A program made the translations under genes and the position numbers. From Cladosporium halotolerans (Eukaryota): a DNA stretch of 64,000 nucleotides. Positions 1 through 12,975 of the stretch are shown in pieces. The first letter of the stretch is position 1. Each line of letters begins with the position of its first letter. The notes below the pieces were generated by a model. The model was not told the origin of the DNA and ran no database searches. It was given only the letters and a program-made list of their open reading frames with translations. The stretch covers positions 124,001 through 188,000 of the forward strand of contig NW_027191459.1 of NCBI RefSeq assembly GCF_011745625.1, written 5' to 3'.

Positions 1-1085
1 GCCTGCCAACACCCAAGGTACTGGCAAGCGCATTGGCTTGGATCACTTCAACTTCTTGGCTGTGCTTGGTAAGGGTAACTTCGGTAAGGTCATGCTAGCA
101 GAGACGAAGACAACCAAATCTCTGTACGCCATCAAGGTCCTGAAGAAGGAGTTCATCATTGAGAATGACGAAGTGGAGTCCACTCGCTCCGAAAAGCGCG
201 TGTTCCTCATCGCCAACAAGGAGAGGCATCCCTTCCTCACGAACCTGCACGCCTGTTTCCAGACCGAAACCCGCGTCTACTTCGTCATGGAGTACATCTC
301 CGGTGGTGATCTCATGCTGCACATCCAACGCGGCCAATTCGGCACGAAGCGCGCCCAATTCTACGCCGCCGAAGTCTGCCTCGCCCTCAAGTACTTCCAC
401 GAGAACGGCGTCATCTACCGCGACCTGAAGCTCGACAACATCCTCCTGACGCTCGACGGCCACATCAAGATCGCCGACTACGGCCTCTGCAAGGAGGACA
501 TGTGGTACGGCAGCACGACGGGCACCTTTTGCGGCACGCCCGAGTTCATGGCCCCCGAGATCCTGCTCGACAAGAAGTACGGCCGCGCCGTCGACTGGTG
601 GGCCTTCGGCGTCCTCATCTACCAAATGCTCCTGCAGCAGTCGCCCTTCCGCGGCGAGGACGAGGACGAGATCTACGACGCCATCCTCGCCGACGAGCCC
701 CTGTACCCCATCCACATGCCGCGCGACTCCGTCTCGATCTTGCAGAAGCTGCTCACGCGCGAGCCCGAGCTGCGTCTTGGCAGCGGCCCGACGGACGCGC
801 AGGAGATCATGAGCCACGCCTTCTTCCGCGGCGTCGACTGGGACGACGTCTACCACAAGAGGGTTCCGGCGCCCTTCATGCCGACCATCAAGAACCGGGC
901 GGACACGAGCAATTTCGACAGCGAGTTCACCAGCGTCACGCCGGTTTTGACGCCCGTGCAGTCCGGTAGGTTTCAAGTCTTTTCCACCTGTGGTTATGGA
1001 TCTCTCGCTAACGTATTTCGCAGTGCTCTCCCAAGCTATGCAGGAGGAGTTCAGAGGATTCTCTTACTCGGCGGATTTCGTCTGA
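1..1085 (+). CDS. PKC1: Protein kinase C, C-terminal kinase domain (5' part lies outside the window)
   Basis: [25 protein letters not shown] and [13 protein letters not shown] motifs. Intron 966-1023 (GTAGGT..GCTAAC..CAG) restores the AGC tail [20 protein letters not shown]. Confidence 0.97.
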
Positions 1086-1798
1086 GCTGCTCGTTCGGGT
1101 AATTGTATCACTTGAATTACCGACACGGCCCTGCCCTTTCAAGACGGCAGTCTATCTCTCGTTTGACTCCGGTTTCTCTTTCAGGACGCGAGAACGACAC
1201 AACACGGAAGACAAGCCGGAAGAGAAACTTCGAGCCCCGCCGGGCCCCGCGTGAACGATCGCTACACGAAACGGAGGCGGCCGACCCGCGTCTTTCGATC
1301 CTTTTCTTTGCCATGGCGGACGAGACACGAAGGTGGACGATCGCTTCGATTCGAGCCGCGTGGAAGCAAAGCAATTGGGACGCTCTCGCACAATGCACAA
1401 ATTCAACAAATGAGATGAAGACGGGCATTGATTGGTTCTTGCGGGCAGGAAAGCCAAATTGTTCGAAGGGACGTATGCTTGAGCCTTCCATGGTTTTCGG
1501 ACCCACAACGACGGCTTCTCGAAGACTGTGACGGTGAGGCGGTCAATGCATCAGACGCTGAGACGCAAATGTTCAAAATTGCGGAGGGAAGGAAGGACAG
1601 GATAATGTGAAGATATCTCCTCACGGGCGTCAGGAGGAGAAAAGAGAAAGTTAGCGAACGAAGCGAGAAGGAGCAAAGCGGGATGAAAACGAAAAGTTAA
1701 TAGACGCACGCACGTCCTCTCCATAACGGTCTTTTTTTCACGAATCCATAATCAAAAAGAAAAGTTTCTCTTAAATTCGCCCAACCTATCACTTCCCA

Positions 1799-2697
1799 TT
1801 ATCCGAACCTCCCCATCAACCCCTCCCTCACCCGCCCATTGACCACCGCCCCAACCCCATACGCGGGCAGCACCCTCGCCATCCTCGCCACCGACGCCCC
1901 AACCCATCCCTGCCTCACCCGTCCCCACCTCTCCCCATATCCCAACCTCCCCCGCCGCGCGTGCAGGTCCAGCGCGAAGAGGTGCAGCGGCGTCGCGGCC
2001 CACTGGCTCAGCGCCGGCGCCGTGAGCTGCGCGGCCGTCGTCCGCGAAACCACTCTCTCGAGCTCCGGGGGCAAATGTGGCGCGAGAACGCCGGGCAGCG
2101 CGAACGACGCCGTGAGCGTGATGACGTCTCGCACGACGAAAGGCGGGTACGCGACGGCGGGGAAGCGCGCGGCGGAGGCGCCGAAGGCGCGCGCGAAAGA
2201 GGTGTCTTTGTGCAGTGAGAGGAGCAGGTTGGTGGCTGTTACGGCGGCGAGTTTGGGGGCTGAGGTGCTGGTGCTGGTGGCTGGGAGGGGAGGGGATGAG
2301 GAGAGGGAGGTAAGAGTGTCGGAGGCGTTGGCGGCGAGGTAGGTGCCGGTGTAGAGGAGGAGCATGGGGCGGTAGGAGGGGGAGGTGAAGAAGTGGGTTG
2401 GGTTGAGGAGGGTTGTTTGGAGGGTGGTGAGGAAGGTTGTGGTGAGGGGGCGGAGGAGGGTGCTGGATTCTATTACGGCTCTGCAGGTGGGGAAGAGGGG
2501 GTTAGCTGGATTGTTGATGGTTGATGGGTTGGTTTGACTTACTTGTCGACTGCCGCGACTATGGGAGATACTGAGCACGCGGCTGTTAGGGCTGCGAGGA
2601 CGTCTAGGAAGAGACGTTTGGCGATGTTGAGGTGTGTGGTTTCGGGGAGGTTTGATATTTGTTCCGTTGAAGGTGCCTTGGTGGCATTGACGCTCAT
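1799..2697 (-). CDS. Conserved fungal hypothetical membrane protein (possibly distantly related to sideroflexin/mitochondrial-carrier proteins)
   Basis: Exon 1 MSVNATK..SPIVAAVDK, GT-AG intron ~2481-2542, exon 2 AVIESS..TYLAAN..LHKD..RDVITLTASF..TPLHLFALD..RVLPAYGVGAVVN. Family relationship is from memory only. Confidence 0.6.
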
Positions 2698-3281
2698 CGT
2701 TCCGATTGAAGGTTGGATTTCATCAATCGAACGAGTGATGTTTTGACGATCAATTCTCTCACGTCCAATATCGTCTTGCACATGCGACTAGACACGAAAT
2801 CGATCGATGTGTGAGACACAGGAAGAGGCTCGTCACCATTCGACGATCCGAGCATCATATCAATATCGTGGTTTCGATTCTGCATACTCGCCGGCAGAAA
2901 CCCATCACGAGGTGACATCGGGTTCCACCCGAGAGGTGAGGTACCTGCTGATTGTACCTTATCATCGGATGCGAACCCGATGCCGATGGCTTTCCACGCG
3001 GGGCGATCCAACCCTAAACGCCACCATCTCGTCTCCGCAAACCCTTGTCGAGTATAATGCTATGCCCTAGTCTACTCAAAGTTACGCCTTAGCATGTTGA
3101 GTATTACGACCTTTGCGCTAGGCTTTCATGAGCATTGAAGGCATTCACAAAAAATTACAGCTTGATAATTGCAAGAAAAGATGTGGGATGGATTTTGGAT
3201 TGAAGCTATTGTGCGACCGTTTCTGATACAAAAGCAATCTATGCATGCACACAAGTCGTTCTTTTTTTGGTTCCCAGGAAC

Positions 3282-4757
3282 TCATGCAGGGTTGTAACCC
3301 TTACTCCATTCAGTACAGTCCAAGTCCAGCATCGCAGTATCAACATTGCGACAAGTCGCTTGGTGAGAGCCGTTGATGCTTCGTACATCAATGTTTTCGG
3401 CTCGGATATTGGAGCAAGTCTCCGGGCTTGAGCAGACCACATGGGCGACGAGTGGAGCGAAGACTCGGTTGGTCCATCCGCGGATACTCTTAAACGTGAT
3501 GTCGGAAATGTTCAGGCGTGCCTGACACATGCGGTCAGCCTCTGCATTGTACTCTGTGAAGGCGGCACTTACGGGATGTTTGAAACACTCATCTTCATCG
3601 TCCTGTCCATAACACTGCGTGATCGTGATACCATAGTCGACGTTGTCTAACCACATGCCGTCGTAGGTGACATTCCTGACCGAGCCAGAGCCGCCACCTC
3701 CGTTCAGATTGGCCGATTTTTCGCTGAAAGAGTCCGGCCATACTTTGATGCGGGCACCTTCGGAGGAGTTGTACATAGAAATATTGCGGACGAGGATATT
3801 TTCGACAATGTCGATACGCTCGGGGTATTGGCCCAAAGAGCCGACGGAGATGCCATGCGTTCCGTTGCAGGAAAGGTTTTGGACAAGGACATTGGTTGCG
3901 TTGGGTTTGAAGGAGACGCAATCTTCGAAGAGTCAGCTAAACCTTAAGTGAGCGGGATTTCAGAGGCAATGTTTACCATCACCATTTGTGACCGTCGAGT
4001 TTTGGATAATGATATTGTCAGATTGTAGAATGTCCCAGCCGTCCGTGTTTTTCTCGAAGCTGAAGGTGTGGCTAACAGCACGGATTTTGATGTCGGTATA
4101 GACGACGCCGCTTGAGTTTGCTACGATATTCGTCCAGAAGGGAGAGTTGTTCAAGCTGATATCGCTGACTGAACCACCTTTGAGACCAACAGTAGCGAAT
4201 AGAATGGGTCGTTTGATAGTCTTGTTGGTGTAAAAAAGATCCCACCAGGGCTGCCCATTACCTTCGAGGACACCACCACCATAGACATTCACGTCTTCAC
4301 CTCCGAGAACAAAGAAGCTGGCTGCATCTTGGAAATCGAACTTGAAGGCGTTTGCCTCCCAGAAGTCAGTATCGTTGGTGAACGTGATACTGCCTTGGAT
4401 GTCTATATCAACGTGTGAGAGATTGCTCAGATCAAGTGGAGCTCCAATGATGTAATCCGTTTGTTGGAGGAAGATCACATCTTTAGGAAGTCAGTATCGA
4501 TCCATCTCATCGGAATATTCATAATACTTACGGCCTCCATCATTGCACTCCTCGAAAGCGGAAAGGACGTAGCCGGAGTCATCTGTAAGCCCGTCACCGT
4601 AGCTATTGACCAGACAGGTCTTTCCTCTCTGAGGTGATGTCGCTGCTGTGATAGGTCTACGAGACCTCAAGTTTTGTAGAACGGATATTTGAGAATTGGT
4701 TGCTGTTGCTAAGCATGAGAGCGATGTGGCTAAGAGGAAGACTTTTGAGGAGAACAT
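3282..4757 (-). CDS. Secreted GH28 exo-polygalacturonase (3 introns)
   Basis: Signal peptide MFSSKVFLLATSLSCLATA. GH28 motifs NTDG, GD|DC (split by an intron), GTHGISVGSLG and ARIK. Cys-rich C-terminus. Confidence 0.92.
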
Positions 4758-4825
4758 TGCGTCACTCTGTAGAGATTTTTGATTCTGAACTTCATTTCGC
4801 TTAGAGCTTGCAGAGGCTAACTCAT

Positions 4826-4936
4826 ATTTATACCATCGCTTCATGATCCAGTATATGGTTGTTACTTTACAAACTTCGGCACATATCCGAAGATCATCAT
4901 TCCGCCAAGTCCAGATTCCTGGGAAAAATGGTGGGG
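4826..4936 (-). promoter_or_regulatory. Putative pectinase promoter elements: TATA-like, GARE-like (CCNCCAA) and CreA-like (SYGGRG) sites
   Basis: TATAAAT on the minus strand at ~4826-4832, TCCGCCAA at 4901-4908, GTGGGG at 4931-4936. Short motifs that could occur by chance. Confidence 0.3.
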
Positions 4937-5291
4937 AAAGACGGAAAAGACGAGCGAGCTGAGACTCCTCCTCAACTACACCGACATCGATTTATCCGAT
5001 TGGAAGAGCTTCAAAAAGACCTCTGATCTTACTCGTGGAAATTGATTTGGAGAAGGAGCATCGTCCTGACACCTAAGGGCGCTCCACTGCTCTCATGATC
5101 ACCTCGGGAGAATACTAATCTCTGACCGAAGGCGGGAGAACGTCAGGCCGGATTCAGACAGAAAGGATGATTGTCGACGAGTTTTCCATTCATTCGGTGA
5201 TTTTCAAGCCATGAAAAAGAATGCGATGGTTACTAGCAGCGGACTGAGCTTTCGCCGCGGTCTTGCAGTACACGCACCTCCATCAACCCGC

Positions 5292-6829
5292 TCACACAGA
5301 GTTCGAGTTATCCGCACAAGTCCACGCAGGCGATCCTCCCGACTCATTGTACGAAGTCATGATCTCAATAACCGACCCGTAAGTGCCACCAATCATCAAG
5401 AACGTACCGCTGACAATAACAAATACGCTCCAAGCAACCATCAGCTTCCACCTCAGAGTCTTCTGCTCCTTGCCCACGCTCCAGTTGTCGTATAGCCACA
5501 TGAAGCCCATGGGCTGGAAGGACATGAGCGTTCCGAGCAGGGCACCGATGAGCGAAACGAGGTTGCCGAAGACAGGGATGGCGCTGGCGATCACGTAGGA
5601 GCTGATGATGCAGCCGGCTGTGCAGCTGAGCCAGACGGCCCAGTGCGTGAAGGAGTTAATGGTCATGTGTACAGACCCGCGGAGGAGGCGGACGAAGATG
5701 TATTTGGCGGGAAGCTGTGATCTTTGTCAGAGGTGATCAGGTTGGTGATCGAGGCATGACTTACGTGAGAGACGATGGTGACGGTGGCCAGGAGACCGGG
5801 CAGGGCCAAGCCATAGCAGACTTTCTTCATGGTCACGCCGGCAGATCCAAGCGCAGGCGAAGCAACGTAAGATCCGCAGAAGTAGTAGACGACGATTCCG
5901 ATCGTAATGTAAGTCACCGTGACAGTGGTCTGACAGATGACCAGAGACCTGGTGTATTTCTTCGGGTCACGCATCTCGGAAACGATCGAGAAGAAAGCGG
6001 GAGTACCAGCGTAGGAGAAGACCAACGAGGAGCAGGATGAGATGGCGGCCGACCAGCCATTATCGGCGATGAGCTTGAAGTCAGAGACGAATGGCAAGCC
6101 ATTGTCAGGCGCGGCAGAGGGCCGGTCCTGGACACCGACTGCGACGGTGAGTGAGAATATGGCGGCGAGGATGCCAATTAGTCCCACCCAAGCGATCCAG
6201 CTGATTTTATCGAGTGTCTGAATGCTAGCCAGAAAGAAACCTGCGACAGCTGCGACTGCGACGAAAATGGCAGTGCAAGCGCCATGGACGGACAGGGAGT
6301 TCAGCGCAATTGAAATTCCGAGCATGCCAGCTCCAGCGACGAAGACCCAGAAGAGCACGAAAGCGGTGCCGAAGATGATTTGTCCCGGCTTGCCAAAGAT
6401 CATTTTCCCAACGTCGTCGATGCCATAGACCTCAGGATGGTTCAGCTTGAAGACGCCGACGATGTAGTCGCTCCAGGTGGTGATGACCGCTATGGTGATC
6501 AAGATGATGATGCCAGGTATCATCCCCAATGTATCGAAAACTAATGGAATGGAGAGCACACCAAGTCCAATCTGAGTCTTCATCATCAGGATCGAGGTTC
6601 CTAGCCAGCCGACCTAAGAGCTGTGTCAGATTATGGTTCCAATAGCGAGCATTGGAGAACCTACATTGCGGTAATTGACACCTCCTTCGACGATGTCACC
6701 AAAGACGGCATCCGTGATCGAAATTCGACGACCGTCGGCACTGAATCGACGCTCTTCAACATCGCCGTCTCGTTGTGTCTGCACTTGGTAAAGGTCGCTT
6801 TGCCATTTCTCGTCTTTGAACTCTGCCAT
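5292..6829 (-). CDS. AAAP/Aa_trans family neutral amino acid permease (Mtr-like), 2 introns
   Basis: DAVFG..NYRN|VGWLGTSILMMKTQIGLGVLSIP, FSYAGTPAFFSIVSEMRDP and SPALGSAG motifs; about 11 hydrophobic segments. Confidence 0.92.
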
Positions 6830-7187
6830 CGTGCCGATTGCTTGACGTTGGAAACGATCGATCGAGAGAAAGCTCTTGGATGCTCGCTCGACACTCCAAT
6901 GTCGCGTGATGAATCGCATGTGGCATGGCGGAATCGCATAGCCTTTAAGTAGATGTTCACATACGCCGACACAAAGCTCACGGACCTCACTCTTCTGTGC
7001 TGGTACGTAACGATCGACCGGCGCATAGTATGATTTTGGCGCACTAGTATGGCCTCGCATGTCACGCTGGCTCGGGACCCCATCCGCCGTTTGATCACAG
7101 CGACGCTGCGAGGTCAAATCTGCCGATCACGACCGCAATCTAGCCTCCAGCCTTGCAACTACGAAACTCTGATGGACCCACCCCAGT

Positions 7188-7270
7188 GCGGGGGCGGGAA
7201 CTGGGGTAAAGATAAGGATCCGCAATACATAGTGTCTGAGATAATTGATGGGGGGAGTGAAGAGGATAAT
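7188..7270. promoter_or_regulatory. Cluster of GATA (AreA/NIT2-type) and CreA-like sites upstream of the permease
   Basis: GATAAG at 7211, GATAAT at 7240 and 7265, GCGGGG/CTGGGG at ~7188-7206. Confidence 0.3.
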
Positions 7271-9088
7271 GACGGCTCAAGAAAATTGTCAAGGACGCAT
7301 TGAGAGTTGACATTGCAGACGCAAGAAAATCTTGAAGCATCCCACTCCGCCACACTTCGTGTGTGGCGTCGTATGCTACGTCTAGACCACGGTACGCCAT
7401 TGGCTTAGCAACGGCACAAAGATCCAGTCAAGCAGATTGACAGGGGGCCTGGATTTTATCAGTACACTGCAAGGGTTATGTACTGCGTCGGATCTGATCT
7501 CAGGCATGATTTGGCAGAGTAGCCTATCATCTCCATACACCGTCGACCATCGAATTGATAGCGTCAGCCAACATTATCTTTCAGCTCTAACTTCCGAATC
7601 AGTTGTCTCTCCCTCATTCTGATCCGAACTAGAACAAGTCAAAGCAATTCAATCTCTCATTGCGGTCTTATGTTCTCCATCACCACAATTTCATCTACAT
7701 CTACATGCTTATTTGCCAATCGAACGATCTAGCATGCACCATCATCCCGACCTCTTCACCGTGATGGGCAAGACTCCAAAGCAGCTCGCTGCTCCTATGG
7801 ATGGTAAGCTTCTGTTCAAACGCCGAATCTTGCCATAACAGCCCATAGACCTGACAAAAGATACGCTTCACGGCACAGACAAAAGTCATCGATGCACGCA
7901 CGATCATACCATCCCGCGATCATGCCAACACCACCTGTAGCCGCGCCTTGTTATCGCCCCAAGGACAACCTGTCGGTGAAATCTTCTTCTTCGAATAGCA
8001 CCGAGATCAACTACATAGCCTTTTGCGTTGTGCGCCACATGCGTCGAGACGCCTGCCACCTGCCGCTGGTGCTGAAAGCCGCGTCTGCCCGCCGATCTTC
8101 GAGGCGACTTCACCTGGACCAGGTCATTGATCAATAGGTATCAGCCTCAACACGATACTTCGCTCAGGAAATGCGAATAAACGCTGCGTCGCTATGTAAG
8201 ATCCAAGTGACAAGTCAACTTTCCACCCTCAACAGCCCATGGTCATATTTTCAATCCGATGCCATCATCTTGTCCCTTCCAGAGCTTGCTTTGACACCAA
8301 TCAACCGAGTTTCCTCCTCCTCCCACCCGCCGGACCCAGCTCCGACTCTGCAGCGCCATCAGGTTCCCAAACCGCCTCTGTCTCGCAAGCGATCGCGACG
8401 AGCCAAGTGAATCGCGCGAAATCGCAACGCAACCTGCAGCGCATCGCCTCAATGCTTGTCTGGCCATTAAACCTACGCCTCTAGTCGTTCCTGCAGACTG
8501 ATCACGGACCTCAGAACAGCTCACGCGACCGGCAGTGCCCTGCCCACTCATCACTCCGCTTCGTCACTCGAATGTGAAGAAGCAGAGACCGGAACGAAGA
8601 CTTCGACGAAAACGGACTGAAGTGATCGCCAAACGGCTCACGCGAGCTCTCCTCCAGCCCATCCCTCTACTCCATCAATCGGACACGATGCGAAAAAGAG
8701 ACTCGAACGAAACGAAAGCGGTCAAAAGGACAGGGACAGGCTGAAGCGATGTGCTAAGAGAACAGTCAAAAAGGAGACGCGTGCGGGTATATATACACAT
8801 CGGAAACCCCTCCCCAGCCCTCACCCACAGCCCCAGCCAAGCAAGAAAAGCCCAAAAGCAACCAAAAAAAGCCTCCAGCGCCGGTGCTAAATGGAGCTAT
8901 GAAGAAGAAGAAGAAGCGAAAAAGAAAAACCAAACCCGAACCTCCAACCCCTTCCCTTCCTCGGAACCCAGGGGGAAAAGAAAAAACAATATCCCCATAT
9001 CGAAAAGTCCCAGTGAACGCCGTCAGCCCAGCCTAGCCCTGTCTTCCTTCCTTCCTTCCTTCCTTCCAAAAGAAAACAAAAGTAAAAA

Positions 9089-12000
9089 TCATACACTAAC
9101 CTCCCCCGGATCCTCCATAACGCCCTCCATCCACCCTCTCCCCGCCGGCAGCACCGCGCCCGAAATCCCCCTCTCGTCGATCGCCATGCCCTCCCCCTCG
9201 CCGCGCTCGACGTACTTCTGGCGGTACAGCTCGTCCCACACGCGCTGGAAGTACAAGCGCAGGGTGCGCAGGCCGCGGAGGTAGCCCCTGTCGACGTCGT
9301 CCGGGTGGTGGGGCGGGCAGGGCCGCGAGGACCACAGGCTGCGGTCCTCGGCGGTGACGCAGTTGGCGAAGTCGACGATCTTGAGCTTGATGGAGGTGTA
9401 GGGCTGCTGGTCGTCCGGGGAGGAGCCGGAAGCGGGGCGCAGCTTGCCCGCCTCGTCGGCGTCGCCGCGGTCGTAGATCATCAGCAGGCTGCTGGCGTAG
9501 AGCCTGTACGCGGGGAGCTTGCGGATGATGCGCTGGAGGGCGTCGATTTTCTCGAGCACGGCGGGGATGTGTTTCAGGGCCTGCGCGTGGCCGATGCCGT
9601 CGAAGAAGAATCGCTGCAGGGCCTCGCGGAACTCGGTGCCGGCTTTCAGGTCGCGCCCGAAGTACTTGTCCTCGAAGATGTAGCTCTGCGTCTTCACGTT
9701 GTACACCTGCATGCCGCAGACGCGCACGCCGAGTTCGCGAGAGGTCGTTGTCTTACATTTGCGGCGCTGGGAGGCTTGTTTCTTTTCGTTGGCTTCGACG
9801 CCGTACTGCCGGGTGCCCATCTTGAGGTCGAGCACGCAGGGTTTCTGCATGCCGGCTGTGAGGTCTTCGAGTAGAAGGAAGTGTTCGACGCGCTCGTCGT
9901 GTTGGACGAGCGAGGCTTCAGGGTTGCGGGGCTCGTAGGCGTTTGTGAGCTCGATGGCGGGTCCTAGGCGGGGCAGTTGCGACCCGTCTAGTTGGCCGCT
10001 TAGCAGCCCGCTCACCTCTGGGTCGATAACGGAGGGAGGCAACTGATCCACCGTGCCATCCACGTTCTTAGCCGGCAACGGCAGATCTTTCTTCAAATCG
10101 TCCATAGCGAAAACATCCTCCTCGCCATCGCCACCGTACGCTTCGTCATCGTGGAACTCAAGATCGCCGCGATTGCCCTCGACATCAGTTGGCTTACGGA
10201 CAAGACCGCCGCCACTGTGTCGCCTGCGATGATGCTTCGGCTTCGGAACCCCCAACGCCCGCTGCTCAGCCTCTCTGACTTCGGCGCTCCTGCTGAGGCC
10301 GGCGTTTCTATCGCGCATCATGAAGTTCTCGAGATCGCTGACAGAGCGATCTGTGTCGTCCAAGCGAATGCGCTGCACGTTACGCATCGCCTGGCGTCGC
10401 GTCTCATCGGTGCTAGCCATGTCATCGCACAGACCTGCGAGATTTGTAGTGCTGTGGCGATTGGGTGCCAAGCTGTCCTTGAGAGAAGATGGTAGCTTCC
10501 GAAGAGAGCGGGCGTGGCGATGCTTCTCACGGCGCTCATGTCGATGGATGACGGGCGGCGAGAAGACGTCGCGCAGCACTTGCTCCTGCAACTTGCGGTT
10601 GACTGTAGTATATCCCCAGCTGTCCTGCTGCTTCAGCGAAGGACGCCGCAGGTGACCTGGTAGGCCATTGCTTTCGCTCGGCGATGTGAAGCTGCCTCTG
10701 GGGGACGATGAGAATCTTTGTTTAGCATGGTCTGGCGTGAGAGAGCGAGGAGGAACACGGAATAGATCGTCTGGGATCAGGTGACGGTTGTTTTCGAAGA
10801 TCACCTGAGGCACGGCACCGGTAGGCTTCTGAGAATGCGAAATGATGCGCTGCTGGGTCTCCGCCTCGACTTTCTCCTCTTTCTTCGAGGCGTCGCCTTG
10901 AGGATCTGAGGCGCTGTGCTTAGCATGGCCGTTCATGTTCAAGAGGTCTCCCTCAGAAACACCTGGCTTTCGCTTCTCTTTGCGATAGGTCACGTTCAGA
11001 ACGCCAATGTATCTGTTTTGAGGTTAGTACTACTATTCATTTCGCGGTGGCTCTATCGTCGTGTGCAATTGAAGTTAAATCTCAAGACTTACCTTGGCAT
11101 GAACCCCAAAAGCTCGGGATGATTCCTCTCAATGGTCTCGTAGAACATGTTCTCTTTACTGTTCAGCTGCTTGCAGACAGCCCTGCGCGAAAACCGATAC
11201 ATGGTGGTGTGACCGCCAACTTGATGGCGATATGGCTTGAGTTCGACAGCATCGACAGCCTCGGGAGGCGGAGGAGCGTGTTTCCGCTTAGCTTGCGCCA
11301 TTTCAGACTTCGCTTTCGGTGTAGCTGTCGGTGTGGTCTCCTCGTCTTCTGAGGCCTGAGACCCGCTCGTCGAGTATCCGGATTCATATTCGCTATCTGA
11401 GAGGAGGTGCTCCTGTGCTTGGACTGGCTTGCCGTTGCTCTCGGGGCCGTGCTGAGACGGAGTCCTCTTGAGTGTATCGCCTTTCAAGCAGTCACTAGCG
11501 ACGTCTGAACGGAGCGCGATTTGGACGTCCTCGGCCGCGAGATTCTGATCTTTCTTGAGCTGTTGGGCTTGCTCCTGGACGCTCTTGGCTTCCTTCTGGG
11601 TTGCATTGACCGGTGAATCGCCGAGAGCAACGCCTTGGTGAGGAAAGTAGGTTGCTGACGAGATGTGTTCGCGATCTGAGTCTTCGTCCTCGGTGCGTTT
11701 GCGGTGGCGGTCTTGATGACTCATGAAGTCACTGTCTTGCCCAGGAACAGCTTTCGGATATGAGATCTTTCTGGCCTTCCCAGGAGTGAGGTGATGATGG
11801 TTCCGGATTTCTTCCAAAAGGTCCAGCGGTAGACGTTGCTTTCTAGTTTCAATTTCGTTGGTTTCCCTCTGGTCTGCAACAAGAGGCTGCGAGCGTGTCA
11901 TCTTATCGTCGTCCTGAGGTGGTTGTTCCTGCTCCAGAAGATCGTGAAGTGCATGAGTCACTTGCGGACGATGAGCTTTGCCTTCGTTCTCCTTGAACAG

Positions 12001-12975
12001 ACCCAGATAGTGAGATGCTTTGCGACTCCTCACATTAGCCGCAGGTGGTTCGGGTTGTGGCAATTGCGCGTCAATGATCTTGTCCACACCCAATTCGGCT
12101 CGACTCTGTCGACGCTGAGACTGCGCGATGGTCATTCCTTCCAGCTTCGCCTTGCCGATCCTCCATGATCTGTATTGCTGTCTTTCGGCGCTGCCATCGA
12201 TGTTGTCGGCAAATGCCACTTTCGTTTGCTTGTTTGTGGGTTCTGGTGTGTTTGGTGTAGGCGATCGTGATTCGCGTGGCGTTGGGAATTCCTCTTCCGG
12301 TGCGTCCGGATCGCACACGATCGCGCTGACGTCGTTCAAATCGTACAGAGAGCGCCTTTGGTACTGCTGCGGCAGGCCGGTGCGACTGACCGGCCGCCTC
12401 GCCGCAGACGCTTCGTCTCGCAGAGAAGAGAACAGCGGCAGCGGTGACACAGGCCTGTCCTTGTTGAATGCTGATTGAGGGCCCATGAAGGGTTGCAGTG
12501 GAAGAGGAATCGCCATGTCAGACTCGTCTTGCAGATTTGTCTCCTCGCTTCCCCGCTCCAGGTCGCGCGGTATTGCAGGCGGGATTTTGGGCGTCGTTAT
12601 TGGCGTGTCGCCGCCGGTGTAGTGCGTAGCAAAGATGCTGTCCCGCTCGGACAAGAGAGGCCGGACTGCATGCTGCAGCTCACGTCCAGCTTGTACGGCA
12701 GCGGAGGGATCGTAGGTAGGGATGTTGTTGGGCGCGGTGCGGGTGCGCCTTGTGTCGGAATGGGCGGATGCTGAGGGCGAGGGTGGAGCTAAGGTAGAAC
12801 TGGATTGAACCGGGAGCCGGGGCGCCGGACGGGGATCGGTGGGCGAGGGAGAGGGCGAGTCGGCGGCAGAGGGGGGAGCGGCATCATGGGCAGAGGGCGC
12901 GCTCCCTTTGGCGGAGGGGTCTCGATTTAGATGCGCGGGCGCGGCAGGCCCTGGTTGCGCGGCGACGGGTGACAT
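9089..12975 (-). CDS. KCS1: Inositol hexakisphosphate kinase (IPK family)
   Basis: [57 protein letters not shown] and DRGYLRGL motifs. Intron 11013-11092. First ATG at 12975; the frame stays open to 13347. Confidence 0.93.

Noticed and set aside
95..976. Long antisense and alternative-frame ORFs over PKC1 (and similar ones over KCS1, CTNNBL1, CuAO, ALDH, ILV1 and LYS12)
   Set aside because: Shadow ORFs expected from GC3-rich codon bias; no recognisable motifs.
7300..9080. Short ORFs and (GAA)n/(TTCC)n microsatellites between the permease and KCS1
   Set aside because: No coding bias or motifs; consistent with promoter and 3' UTR sequence.
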